DNA of 64,000 bases from Chloroflexota bacterium (GCA_013203045.1 JABMQN010000275.1:4515-68514); one strand, 5' to 3'; positions 1-9,524 are shown, counted from the first letter of the stretch. Notes: generated by a model from the sequence alone, not told the origin. A program made the numbers and translations.

Positions 1-301
1 CAAGCTGGAACATATAATCATCGGGCAGATCAATCCCCGGTATCTTCATTTTCATGGGGAAGATGCCGAGAGCCTGCATCTGAAGTGGTGTAGCGCCAAT
101 TGGATACAGGCTGTCCCACCCTCCGTATGTGTCGAAAATCTCGAGAGCGGCATCCACCAGTATCGTATTATCGTTACAGACCTGGGCGCCCGTCAGGCCT
201 GCCAGTCCGGCCACAGGTTCCGGTAAAAGGGTAGGTATTACGGGAACACGGTCAGGCTTTTCAAGGCGAATAGCCGACCAAAGTCTTTCTTCGGATGTCA
301 T
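1..301 (-). CDS. MtaA/CmuA-family (uroporphyrinogen-decarboxylase-like) corrinoid methyltransferase, 5' part only (3' end beyond window start)
   Basis: Minus-strand ORF starting ATG at 301..299. Translation MTSEERLWSAIRLEKPDRVPVIPTLL... is typical of MtaA/MtbA URO-D-fold methyltransferases. It lies 16 nt downstream of the corrinoid protein gene. Confidence 0.6.
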   Translation of the reverse strand, partial: MTSEERLWSAIRLEKPDRVPVIPTLLPEPVAGLAGLTGAQVCNDNTILVDAALEIFDTYGGWDSLYPIGATPLQMQALGIFPMKMKIPGIDLPDDYMFQL

Positions 302-317
302 CGATTCGCCTGCCATG

Positions 318-1040
318 CTATTTGCCTCCCGCTATTTTCATGCAATACGCTACACCTTCGGTGGCATCAACCGTCTGGAAATCAGCCCCAATATAATCTT
401 TAACTTCCGGGGTGGTAACCCCACCTCCAACCATCAGCTTAAATCTGTTTCTGATGCCGGCTTCTTCAAACATAGTTACAGCTTCTTTCATACTATCAAA
501 AGCAACTGTTATAAGCGCTGAAAAACCGACAAACTCAGGTTCTATTTCCCGTGCTTTTTCAACGATTACCTCAGGAAGCACATCCACCCCAAGATCATGC
601 ACCTCAAACCCATGGGCTTTGAGCAACGTGGCCACAATGTTTTTGCCTAAATCGTGGATATCACCTTTGGGAGTTGCCAGCATCACCTTTCCCAAGGATT
701 GGGATGAACGTACACCAGCCAAATGCGGATCAAGAATAGCGACCGCCGATTTGAAGACTTCAGCAGAAAGCATCAATTCAGCCAGATAGTAGTCTCCCGC
801 CTGAAAGCGTTCGCCCACAATGGTCATACCTTTGCGGCACTCATTGAGAACTGAAATTGGGTCTTCCCCCTTTTCCAACTTACTCTTCACAGCTTCCACA
901 GCATCATCTCTTTTTAGCTCTACAACATATGTACTTATGTCGTCTGACATCTGAACTCCTTTCACACCATCGATGGTTGCCAAGAAATCGGTGTGCGCAC
1001 GATTAAAGTGAGTATGGCATTCATATGCGAAGGGTGTCAA
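318..1040 (-). CDS. cobalamin-binding corrinoid protein (MtaC/MtbC/MttC family)
   Basis: 240-aa ORF with a B12-binding DxHxxG motif (GDIHDLGKNIVATLL) and a Rossmann-like C-terminal half. It is tightly linked to the MtaA-like gene. Confidence 0.8.
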   Translation of the reverse strand: MTPFAYECHTHFNRAHTDFLATIDGVKGVQMSDDISTYVVELKRDDAVEAVKSKLEKGEDPISVLNECRKGMTIVGERFQAGDYYLAELMLSAEVFKSAVAILDPHLAGVRSSQSLGKVMLATPKGDIHDLGKNIVATLLKAHGFEVHDLGVDVLPEVIVEKAREIEPEFVGFSALITVAFDSMKEAVTMFEEAGIRNRFKLMVGGGVTTPEVKDYIGADFQTVDATEGVAYCMKIAGGK

Positions 1041-1119
1041 TTCGTAGCACTACTTAATTCTTCTGAATAAACGAGTTTGATCTCAAAGTAAAACAGAAAG
1101 AGGAAAAAGCGGTTAGGTT

Positions 1120-1779
1120 CTATAAAGATATAATTCCTTTTCGTAAAGCAAATCGAATAAGATCAGTTTTGTTACGCAGCCCGAGTTTGCTCATGGCATT
1201 GGACCTGTGTGCCTCTGCCGTTCGAGGACTAATACACAACTGATCAGCAATTTCAACACGATCATATCCGATTGCAGTGAGTTCGAATATTTCCTTTTCT
1301 CTTGAAGTAAGGATATCCCATGCATCAGATAACGGAATGTTTAGAGACAATCTATCATTACAATAATTTATTACATTTTTTCTATTTTTGAACTTTGTAA
1401 TATCCTGAGAGATCACCTGGATAGCAAACACTTTCCCGTTGTCGTCTATTAACGGTTGAGCCATAGACGAGAACCATCGAGTTCCCGATGATAATTCAAT
1501 CGCATCTTCGTACTGTTGGCCAATCCCGCGCTCGGTTAACATGCGATTCCTGATGCGTAGTTCGTCTGCCAAACTCGGAAGTAGATCATATAGTGATGTT
1601 CCCCAAAAACTACTGTTGGCATGCCTCAAATTACGGGTTGTAAATTCGTTCATAAATAGAAAACGGCCATCAGTGGCATAGTACACCATCGGCATGTTTG
1701 CATTTTCCAGTAATTTTCTGTGTTTTTCGCTGTTTTGCGGTTGTTTCTCTTCCGTGCTTGGTTGATTCTTGTTTGCCAT
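1120..1779 (-). CDS. PAS-domain LuxR-family (GerE HTH) transcriptional regulator
   Basis: The C-terminus LTSREKEIFELTAIGYDRVEIADQLCISPRTAEAHRSNAMSKLG is a LuxR HTH. A PAS-like region precedes it. Start chosen at MANKNQ (1779), which has an AAGGGAG RBS; the track ORF extends to 1941. Confidence 0.65.
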   Translation of the reverse strand: MANKNQPSTEEKQPQNSEKHRKLLENANMPMVYYATDGRFLFMNEFTTRNLRHANSSFWGTSLYDLLPSLADELRIRNRMLTERGIGQQYEDAIELSSGTRWFSSMAQPLIDDNGKVFAIQVISQDITKFKNRKNVINYCNDRLSLNIPLSDAWDILTSREKEIFELTAIGYDRVEIADQLCISPRTAEAHRSNAMSKLGLRNKTDLIRFALRKGIISL

Positions 1780-2041
1780 TTTAGACTCCCTTTCAGCCTG
1801 TGAAATAACCTTAAATGGATCGATTGCGAAGAGTATCGCATACGATGCAATGTCTGTCAATTTGCTGCTATGGCATACGCTCTCTATAGATATATCCCAG
1901 CAGTGATTAACTCTTAGATTCTGTAAGTATTTTCTAGCCAATACCTCGGTGTTGACAAAAGTAGTTATGCTTATTAGACTTTTCAGTAATTAATTATCCC
2001 AAGATTATGGCTGCTCAATGCGGATAAAGTAAGGAGGTCAA

Positions 2042-2287
2042 ATGCTGGTCACCTCACGTATGGCAGGGATCATCTTTGTGGCCATCATGTTACTGTCACT
2101 GCTGAGTGCCTGCGGCGGCAACGATGATAAGGAATCACCCCCGCCATCATCAAACCCCACTTCTCAGCCAACATCCCAACCAACTTCAGTCCCAACACCA
2201 GCAGAAGATGCAGTAATCACTATTGGCAACCTCACTGATAAGACAGGCCCAGGCGCAATCGCTTTCACTCTACAAGTGGCACATTGA
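2042..2287 (+). pseudogene. N-terminal remnant (signal peptide + TP-rich linker) of a PBP1-type solute-binding lipoprotein paralog
   Basis: Carries a lipobox LLSACGG, a P/T/S/Q-rich linker and VITIGNLTDKTG, matching the N-termini of the intact paralogs at 27029..28327 and 55432..56709. It stops after ~80 aa and the rest of the gene is absent. Confidence 0.5.
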
Positions 2288-2327
2288 CTGGCACTTCCTT
2301 ATACAAAAGTTGTAACTTGGTAAATAT

Positions 2328-2906
2328 TCACGATAAAACACGGACTCCAAATTCTTTTAAACTATCTGCTACTGCATTCAATGGCAACCCTACAACATTA
2401 GAATAATCGCCTTCTATCCGTTCCACAATCACGCCGCCCAATCCTTGGATAGCATATGCTCCTGCCTTGCCAATTGACTCTTTTGTAGCTATATATGCTT
2501 CGATATCCTCACGGGACATATCCCTCATGTGCACCGTGGTCTCCACGGAGTCAGTTACTACTTTGGTAGCATCTGTATCCAGAATAGTGAAACCAGTGAT
2601 CACCAAATGGTCTTTCCCATTCAATATTGTCAACATTTCCCTCGCTTCACTATCCGTTCCCGGCTTACCGAGAATTTTATCGCCCAGAACGATAAAAGTA
2701 TCAGCCGCAATGATGATTGCGTCTGTATGATTTTTGGCCACAACCTGTGCTTTTTCGAGGGAAAGTGATTTTGCCAATTCGTGCGGAGAGAGATCAGGAT
2801 TCACTTGTTCGTCATGATTGCTCGATTCTATAACAAACTGCAGCCCGATTTGCTCCAACAATTCTTTTCTTCTCGGCGATGCCGATGCCAACACAATCTT
2901 CTTCAT
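2328..2906 (-). CDS. maf: Maf-like nucleoside triphosphate pyrophosphatase
   Basis: 192 aa. The start MKKIVLASASPRRKELLEQIGL and the body are a full-length match to the Maf family. Confidence 0.9.
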   Translation of the reverse strand: MKKIVLASASPRRKELLEQIGLQFVIESSNHDEQVNPDLSPHELAKSLSLEKAQVVAKNHTDAIIIAADTFIVLGDKILGKPGTDSEAREMLTILNGKDHLVITGFTILDTDATKVVTDSVETTVHMRDMSREDIEAYIATKESIGKAGAYAIQGLGGVIVERIEGDYSNVVGLPLNAVADSLKEFGVRVLS

Positions 2907-4261
2907 AACTTGATGCTCTTTCTCACCCGCCCTGCTACTTCTCTGGCACTCTCTGCCGCTGCGGATGTCCCACCAGATCCTAACTCTTGTACACCATCGC
3001 CCACATTAAAAAGATTCTCAACAGGTGTCTCACGTGGTATACGTACACGCCCGGGTTGAGGCAAATCCTGAAACACCACCTCAAATTTAATTATCTTACC
3101 GGACTTATCGTATTCGGGGAACTGATCTTTTAAATCCAACGTCGTCTGCTCCAATTCTTCATCAAGATTCACCGTTTCAAGATATGACGGCGGTGATCCC
3201 ACGCAGTAAAGCAAATGCTTTCCTATTGGAGCAAGATCACGTGAAAAGTTGGTCAGAGGAAATGCGGATGTCAATCTGCGCAATCCAATGAGCAGAGCGC
3301 CTCCCAGTTCTCCATCCTCCAAACAGAGTGGCCTGTCACTGGCAACATGCACCAGAATCATGCCAACCGGATTGAGCTTACTCACAAGGTCCAGATAATC
3401 CTTATCGAGGCTCTCAGCACCAACCAGTTGGACCGTGTTCTTTGGACCCACATTGCTGATCACTACTCGGCTGGGTATTTTTATTTCTGCGCCATTTTTC
3501 TCAATTATAATCCCCTTTGCTACACCATTTTTCACAATGATCCGCTTAGCCGGGCAACCGACCCAAATATCACCTCCATTTTTCTCAATTATAATCCCCT
3601 TTGCTAGCGATTTCATATTTTCTTCATTACCCTGCGGAGAGATTCCTAGTGCAGCGTACGTACCCATTCCAGCAAAAAGAGCGAACATCTCAGACGCCGT
3701 GACTTCATAGGTATGATAGCTAGTCACGTTGCACACCATAGAATCGAAAGTCTTGTGTGCCATTTCGTTTTCCGTATATTTTGCTAGCCAATCCCGAAAT
3801 GTGATGTCGTCCGCTTTTTCTTCACCACGAACTCCACGCCCAAAAAAATTCATGACTTTCCCAACAGCCACCTCTTTGGCCATATGTCCCAGCAGTTTCG
3901 CTCGGTTCGTTTCCAAGCTATTGGCAATATCCAGCATCGCTGGTATCGCTCCTTTAGCTGGCATTTCATAATTTTCCCCTTCGATGCTTCCAATTCGATA
4001 AAACTGGTGAGGCATATCAACAAGGTCCAGTTTCGCACCAACCTCCCTGTAAATCTCTTCAAAAGCCCCGCCGCGGTGGAGAGCAACAGCCCCAGTCGAT
4101 AGCTTGAAGCCTTCTACTTCTTCAGTAGAGCATCGGCCACCCAGACGGTCCGTACTTTCGACAACCAGTGTTTTGTATCCCCAATGCGATAGCAACACCG
4201 CCGCGCATAATCCTCCCACTCCAGCACCAATTACTACAACATCATATTCCCTATCCATCAT
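2903..4261 (-). CDS. FAD-dependent oxidoreductase, phytoene-desaturase (CrtI)-like family
   Basis: N-terminal dinucleotide-binding motif YDVVVIGAGVGGLCAA..LVVES..LGGR. 452 aa. A 4-nt overlap with maf suggests an operon. Confidence 0.75.
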   Translation of the reverse strand: MMDREYDVVVIGAGVGGLCAAVLLSHWGYKTLVVESTDRLGGRCSTEEVEGFKLSTGAVALHRGGAFEEIYREVGAKLDLVDMPHQFYRIGSIEGENYEMPAKGAIPAMLDIANSLETNRAKLLGHMAKEVAVGKVMNFFGRGVRGEEKADDITFRDWLAKYTENEMAHKTFDSMVCNVTSYHTYEVTASEMFALFAGMGTYAALGISPQGNEENMKSLAKGIIIEKNGGDIWVGCPAKRIIVKNGVAKGIIIEKNGAEIKIPSRVVISNVGPKNTVQLVGAESLDKDYLDLVSKLNPVGMILVHVASDRPLCLEDGELGGALLIGLRRLTSAFPLTNFSRDLAPIGKHLLYCVGSPPSYLETVNLDEELEQTTLDLKDQFPEYDKSGKIIKFEVVFQDLPQPGRVRIPRETPVENLFNVGDGVQELGSGGTSAAAESAREVAGRVRKSIKL

Positions 4262-4440
4262 AATCTCTTTACCTGTTTCAACTATTACTGTACAACCAAG
4301 TTTTACAGTTTACCAGAAAATCATCGGATTTAAAACCATAAGATTCGATACTGGATTGTCATTACTCTGTCATCGGTTTTTGCTTGCTATTAGATTTGTA
4401 GCTATTGTACACTTCATTTATCAGAAAAAGGAGGTTAGTC

Positions 4441-5481
4441 ATGATAAACTTGAGTAACAAACTCTGGATCCATTTTCTCCTTATTATTGCCATGCTGTCG
4501 CTATTGATGATTGGATGTAATGATGTAATGAGGAAGACACAACTGAAGCCGTACCAACCCAACCAATCCCCACGGCAACAGTCAGATCAGGCGAAACAGC
4601 AGCCCCAACGCCAACTGTGACAGCAACAATACCTGACACTACAGATACACCCACGGTATCTCCGACACCGACATCAACTATTCCAAATGAGCCCCTCACT
4701 TCCACCATCGTTTCTGATTGATTTTGACTCTTTCACATCATCGAATGACGTTTCCTCGGTTATTCCAGACGGTATGGAGCAGCAATTCCAATTCGCTTCA
4801 TTCAGTCCATCAGATGATGTGACGTCACCTTTTACCACGGCTGTCTTTGGTGATAACTCCTACTGGAATCATGCGGCTTTCAATGTTGGTTTCTGGAGCA
4901 TTGTTGTAGTAGTAGGTTTGGCAGTACCAGTGGCAGCATTTGTGGCATCTTTCCATAATATTCCGTACCAACAAGATGATGGATCGTGGATATGGTCATA
5001 CGACGTCCCAGTTGCAGGTGTCAAACACACCGCTGAGCTTCACGGAATATACATCGATAATGGGGTCCGTTGGGAAATGTACGTTACCAAAGCAGGAGAT
5101 TATACGGATTTCCTCTGGTATTATGGGGAATCCGATCGACCCGGCACGGAAGGCTTTTGGATTCTGAAGGAGAGTCCTACAAAGAACCACGATCTGCTAC
5201 AGATTGACTGGCACCGTAATATAGCCGATGGCACTGGATACATCAAATACACCAACATAGTTCCCGGCGGCCCTGAGAATGGTGGCTATATTCAGGTTGA
5301 GACCACCACTCAAACACCTTACGACTCCTTCTGGGATATCTATAACAAGGGCCAGGATAATCATACATATATCGACTGGCGCAGTAAAAGTCAGGAAGGA
5401 CGTGTGAAGGATCAGAAACGTTTCGCCGCCGACAACTGGCATTGCTGGGACGGTGACCATCGGAATATAGTTTGCCCGTAA
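4441..5481 (+). pseudogene. lipoprotein gene apparently disrupted: signal peptide (frame 1), TP-rich linker (frame 3), globular C-terminal domain (frame 1, 4687..5481)
   Basis: 4441.. encodes MINLSNKLWIHFLLIIAMLSLLMIGCN, a lipobox. From ~4530 an alternative frame reads EEDTTEAVPTQPIPTATV...PTPTSTIP, a linker like those of the other lipoproteins here. From 4687 a 264-aa domain of unknown function is open. An in-frame TGA sits at 4618..4620. An intrinsic terminator follows at 5526..5557. Confidence 0.4.
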
Positions 5482-5525
5482 CAAAGTAAATCGTAGTTGA
5501 TTATCTACCAACGTTCACTTACCTC

Positions 5526-5557
5526 AAAAAGGCGCTCTTCACAAAGAGCGCCTTTTT
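5526..5557 (+). terminator. rho-independent terminator
   Basis: AAAAAGGCGCTCTTcacaAAGAGCGCCTTTTTT: a 10-bp GC-rich stem followed by a T6 run. Confidence 0.7.
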
Positions 5558-5764
5558 TCGTACTCCATGCCCCCACAAAATTTCGTGTAAGTCATAATAT
5601 GCCAGAGTCCGCTTGTACTATTGTCCAGAAGAGGCTAAAAAGGGTATAATAACTGTTTGGTGATCAAAGCGAACTAACGAGATGAAGAGGGGCTCAAGGT
5701 GAGCCCTTTCATTTTGAGTTCAGTAGAAAAGAACAACGTAAATCAAGAACACCAAGGGGGTTAA

Positions 5765-7216
5765 ATGACAGGAATTATTTCATACGGAGCATATGTCCCA
5801 TACCATCGAATAAACCGAAAAACCATTTTCGGCGCGATGGGTTGGCTGGACGCAGCCACTAATGTAAAGGGCGAAAAGGCCATCTGCAACTACGATGAAG
5901 ACACTGTCACCATGGCAGTAACGGCCGGTATCCACTGTCTCAAGAATGTGGATCGGGGCAAGGTCGATGGTGTGTACTTGGCCACTATCAGTTCTCCCGC
6001 CGTCGAAAGGCAGGCAGCCGGAACAGTTGCCTCAGCGCTGGACATGGAAGGCAATATACGTTCGGCCGATTTCTCTGGTTCCACCAAGGTGGGAACCGCC
6101 GCAATTGTCGCAGCCTGTGATGCCGTCAAGGCCGGATCACTCAGTAACGTTCTGGCCTGTGCCTCGGATTCCCGCACCGGAAAACCCGGAAGTGGTGATG
6201 AACAGAATTACGGAGATGCCAGTACCGCTTTTCTCATTGGAAACGACGGCGTGATCGCTGAGATAGCAGGTTCGCATTCGGTTTCCTACGACTTCATGGG
6301 TCACTGGGAAGGAGATACGGATGACTACGGTCACTTCTGGGAAGCCCGCTGGATAACAGACGAAGGCTACAATCCCCATCTGATTGAAGCGGCCAAAGGC
6401 GTCCTCAAGCAATGCAGCGTGGAAATCGACGGCATCTCAAAAGTCATTATTCCGTCCATTAATGCCAGAGCCGCCAAAATTGTTGCCAAGAAACTCAAAC
6501 TCGCTGATGAGCAGGTTCAGACTCCTGTGTTCGATATGGTTGGCGATTGCGGCAATGCCCAGTCACCGCTCATGCTTGCGGCGGCTTTGGACGAAGCCAA
6601 GCCGGGAGACAAAATCCTGGTCTTAAGTTACGGAAACGGCGCGGATGCGATTCTCATCGAGGCCACCGAGGCCATCACCGGTTTCACTCCGGCCAAGACA
6701 GTATCAAAAATGCTGGAAACCAAACGTGAAATCACCAACTACAACCAGTACCTCGTCTTCCGCGAAGTACTGCCTGTCGAGACCGGTATTCGTGGTGAAG
6801 AACTTGATGCCGCTCCCACGCAGGTTGCCCGATTGTGGAGAGAGCGAAAAGAGATCATGGCGCTCTGCGGTTCCAAGTGTAAGAAGTGCGGCACTCCGCA
6901 GTATCCTTTCCAGAAGGTATGCGTGAACCCGGATTGCGGCGCTATTGATGAGGGAGAGTGGTACCGCTTCTCCGATAAGAAAGGGAAACTCTTTACCTAC
7001 ACTGTCGATAGCCTTGCTTTCACTTTCAACCCGCCACAGGTATATGGCGTCATCGAGTGGGAAGGCGGTGGAAAATTCTGGTTTGATATCTCCGATTGTG
7101 ATCCGGATAATCTTGAAGTTGGTATGGAGATGGAAATGTCTTTCCGCCGCAAATATCACGATAAATGGCGAGGACTTTCCGCATATTTCTGGAAGGCAAT
7201 CCCTGTACTCGACTAA
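5765..7216 (+). CDS. HMG-CoA-synthase-like thiolase-fold protein fused to a C-terminal DUF35 zinc-ribbon/OB-fold domain
   Basis: The N-terminal 350 aa align to HMGCS/initiation-condensing enzymes (GVYLATIS..., VLACASDSRTG, GDASTAFLIG). The C-terminus has CxxC...CxxC (CGSKCKKCG..CVNPDCG) plus an OB fold typical of DUF35. The track ORF is 483 aa. Where HMGCS has NACYGGTAAL, this protein reads GSTKVGTAAI, so the Cys nucleophile appears replaced by Thr. Confidence 0.75.
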   Translation: MTGIISYGAYVPYHRINRKTIFGAMGWLDAATNVKGEKAICNYDEDTVTMAVTAGIHCLKNVDRGKVDGVYLATISSPAVERQAAGTVASALDMEGNIRSADFSGSTKVGTAAIVAACDAVKAGSLSNVLACASDSRTGKPGSGDEQNYGDASTAFLIGNDGVIAEIAGSHSVSYDFMGHWEGDTDDYGHFWEARWITDEGYNPHLIEAAKGVLKQCSVEIDGISKVIIPSINARAAKIVAKKLKLADEQVQTPVFDMVGDCGNAQSPLMLAAALDEAKPGDKILVLSYGNGADAILIEATEAITGFTPAKTVSKMLETKREITNYNQYLVFREVLPVETGIRGEELDAAPTQVARLWRERKEIMALCGSKCKKCGTPQYPFQKVCVNPDCGAIDEGEWYRFSDKKGKLFTYTVDSLAFTFNPPQVYGVIEWEGGGKFWFDISDCDPDNLEVGMEMEMSFRRKYHDKWRGLSAYFWKAIPVLD

Positions 7217-7233
7217 CAGGAGGACAAACGAAA

Positions 7234-8442
7234 ATGGCTGATGGAATTAGAGATAAAGTTGCAATTATCGGAATGGGCTGCACCAAATTCGGTGAGCACT
7301 GGGACAAAGCCGGCGAAGATTTGATGGTGGAAGCTTTTCAGGAATGCCTTGGTGATGCTGGCGTTGAAAAGAAGTCCATCGATGCTGCCTGGATGGGGCA
7401 TTACTTTGATGAAGTGAATGTTGGCAAAACTGCCCTCTTGATGTCCCAGGCACTGAAGCTCCCGTACATTCCGGTTACTCGCGTGGAAAATGCCTGTGCC
7501 AGCGGATCGGAATCACTGCGCGCAGCGTGCTATGCCGTTGCCTCCGGCGCCATTGATATTGGCCTGGCGATGGGTGTGGAAAAGCTCAAGGACTGTGGTT
7601 ATGGCGGTTTGCCTCAGGCAGCCATCATGTCTTTACTGGGAACCAAGAGCCGATTCGTCAATCCAAACAGAACGGCACCCGGCGGATTCGCCATGGTGGC
7701 TACCAAGTATTTTGCTCAGTATGGCCTCACTGCTGAAGAGGGTAAGCATATGATTGCTTACGTCTCATACAAGAGCCACAAGAATGCCGAGTTCAGTCCC
7801 AAGGCGCACCTTCGCAAAGGGGTATCTATTGAGCAAATCATGAAAGCCCCTATTATCGCGTGGCCGCTGGGATTGTTCGACTGTTGCGGCGTCAGTGATG
7901 GCGCGGCTTGTGCCATTGTTTGCCGAGCGGAAGATGCCAAGAATTTCCAGGCTGATCCCATATATGTGAAGGCGATGCAAATCGGCATCAGTTCCGGTGA
8001 AGAGATGATGTACAACAACTGGGATAACGCTCATATCGAAACCACTGTTCGTATAGCACAGAAGGCATATAAAGAAGCTGGAATCACCAATGCGCGCGAG
8101 GAGATCAGCGTGGCGGAAGTGCACGACTGCTTCTCGATTACCGAAGCGGTGACTATGGAAGACCTGCAATTTAGCCCGAGAGGCAAAGTGAGAGAGGATA
8201 TCGAGTCGGGCTTCTTCGATTTGGATGGCGGACTCCCGGTTCAGCCTGATGGCGGACTGAAATGCTTCGGGCATCCCATCGGCGCTTCGGGACTGCGCAT
8301 GATGTACGAAATCTATAAACAGCTTCAGGGCAAGGCGCAGACACAAGAGCGCCAGATCAAGGATCCAAAACTCGGCCTGACACACAACATGGGCGGCGTT
8401 CCCGCGGCCAATGTTTCCAGTGTGATGATTGTAGGGAGATAG
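7234..8442 (+). CDS. SCP-x-type thiolase (acetyl-CoA acetyltransferase family, DUF35-partner class)
   Basis: Catalytic Cys in VENACASGSESLRAA, His in GHPIGASGLRMMYE, and an HNMGG C-terminal motif. Start ATG at 7234 is preceded by AGGAGG; the track ORF extends to 7165. Confidence 0.85.
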   Translation: MADGIRDKVAIIGMGCTKFGEHWDKAGEDLMVEAFQECLGDAGVEKKSIDAAWMGHYFDEVNVGKTALLMSQALKLPYIPVTRVENACASGSESLRAACYAVASGAIDIGLAMGVEKLKDCGYGGLPQAAIMSLLGTKSRFVNPNRTAPGGFAMVATKYFAQYGLTAEEGKHMIAYVSYKSHKNAEFSPKAHLRKGVSIEQIMKAPIIAWPLGLFDCCGVSDGAACAIVCRAEDAKNFQADPIYVKAMQIGISSGEEMMYNNWDNAHIETTVRIAQKAYKEAGITNAREEISVAEVHDCFSITEAVTMEDLQFSPRGKVREDIESGFFDLDGGLPVQPDGGLKCFGHPIGASGLRMMYEIYKQLQGKAQTQERQIKDPKLGLTHNMGGVPAANVSSVMIVGR

Positions 8443-8655
8443 ATTGTTAAGTCCGTTCGTATTGAGTCCAGTCGAAGTACGAGCGGGTTAATGTTCACCC
8501 TTCGACAAGCTCAGGGCGAACGAATGAAAAGTGCAGGAATTTTCTTGCCGGGGGTTTGCGGGGGTGTCCCCCGCTCCTCTTCTTCCCCCAAGAGTGGGGG
8601 ACAGGGGGTTGGTCCGAACCGGGTAGAATATTGATAAAACAAAGGAGGCTTTAAA

Positions 8656-9414
8656 ATGGCAACATTAGGAAAACTTGTTGAAGGAAAAGTAGCTATCGTC
8701 ACCGGTTCCAGCCGGGGTATTGGGCGAGCCATCGCTCTTAAACTGGCTGAGTGCGGCGCTGATGTAGCTATCAATTACTCGAAGAGCGCAGACGCGGCTA
8801 AGGAAGTCGCTGCTCAGATCGAGGGAATGGGCCGCAAATGCCTGGTTGTTCAGGCGGATGTATCCAGCTTTGCTGATGCTCAAAAGATGGTTGATGAAGT
8901 AGTTGAAAAGTTGGGAACCCTAGATATTATGGTTTGCAACGCCGGCATCAATAAAGACGGTGTTATTTGGAAAATGACCGAGGAGCAGTGGGATCAGGTA
9001 ATTGATGTTAACCTGAAAGGTTATTTCAATTATTGCAGAGCCGCAATTCCTGTCTTCCGCGAAAAGCAATACGGCAAGATCGTGAATATTGCTTCCATCA
9101 ACGGACTGCGCGGCAAGTTCGGCCAATCCAACTACACTGCAGCCAAAGGTGGAATCATAGCTTTCACCAAGACCATGGCTCGTGATTTGGGCAATAAGAA
9201 TATTAATTGTAACGTGGTTGCTCCCGGCCTTATCGCCACCGAAATGGTTCAGGCGATGGACGAGGAAGCCAAGGACAAATCACGCAAAGAGATCATCCTG
9301 GGACGTATCGGAGAACCTGAAGAAGTGGCCAACGTGGTTGCCTTCCTTGCCTCTGATTTTGCCAGTCATATCACAGGGCAGACCCTCAATGTGGATGGCG
9401 GCCAACTGATGTAA
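8656..9414 (+). CDS. short-chain dehydrogenase/reductase (FabG-like 3-oxoacyl reductase)
   Basis: TGSSRGIGRAIA glycine motif, NAG, and a YxxxK (NYTAAK) catalytic tetrad. 252 aa. Confidence 0.9.
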   Translation: MATLGKLVEGKVAIVTGSSRGIGRAIALKLAECGADVAINYSKSADAAKEVAAQIEGMGRKCLVVQADVSSFADAQKMVDEVVEKLGTLDIMVCNAGINKDGVIWKMTEEQWDQVIDVNLKGYFNYCRAAIPVFREKQYGKIVNIASINGLRGKFGQSNYTAAKGGIIAFTKTMARDLGNKNINCNVVAPGLIATEMVQAMDEEAKDKSRKEIILGRIGEPEEVANVVAFLASDFASHITGQTLNVDGGQLM

Positions 9415-9524
9415 TAATTGCCACTAAGGCACGAAGACACGAAAAATATAGAAAGTCTTCTTAATTTTTAAAGCTTGGTGCCTTAGAGCCTTAGTGGCTG
9501 AATTTATAACTAAGGAGTTTGAAA

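Noticed and set aside
129-789. Plus-strand ORFs 129..521 and 412..789
   Set aside because: They overlap the MtaA-like and corrinoid protein genes, which have clear family motifs on the minus strand.
4484-4708. 74-aa Gly/Val-rich minus-strand ORF
   Set aside because: It is the reverse complement of the Thr/Pro-rich linker-coding repeat and is a low-complexity artefact.
7765-8385. 206-aa ORF antisense to the thiolase gene
   Set aside because: It lies wholly inside a well-supported thiolase CDS on the opposite strand. It has no recognisable motifs and a composition typical of an antisense frame.
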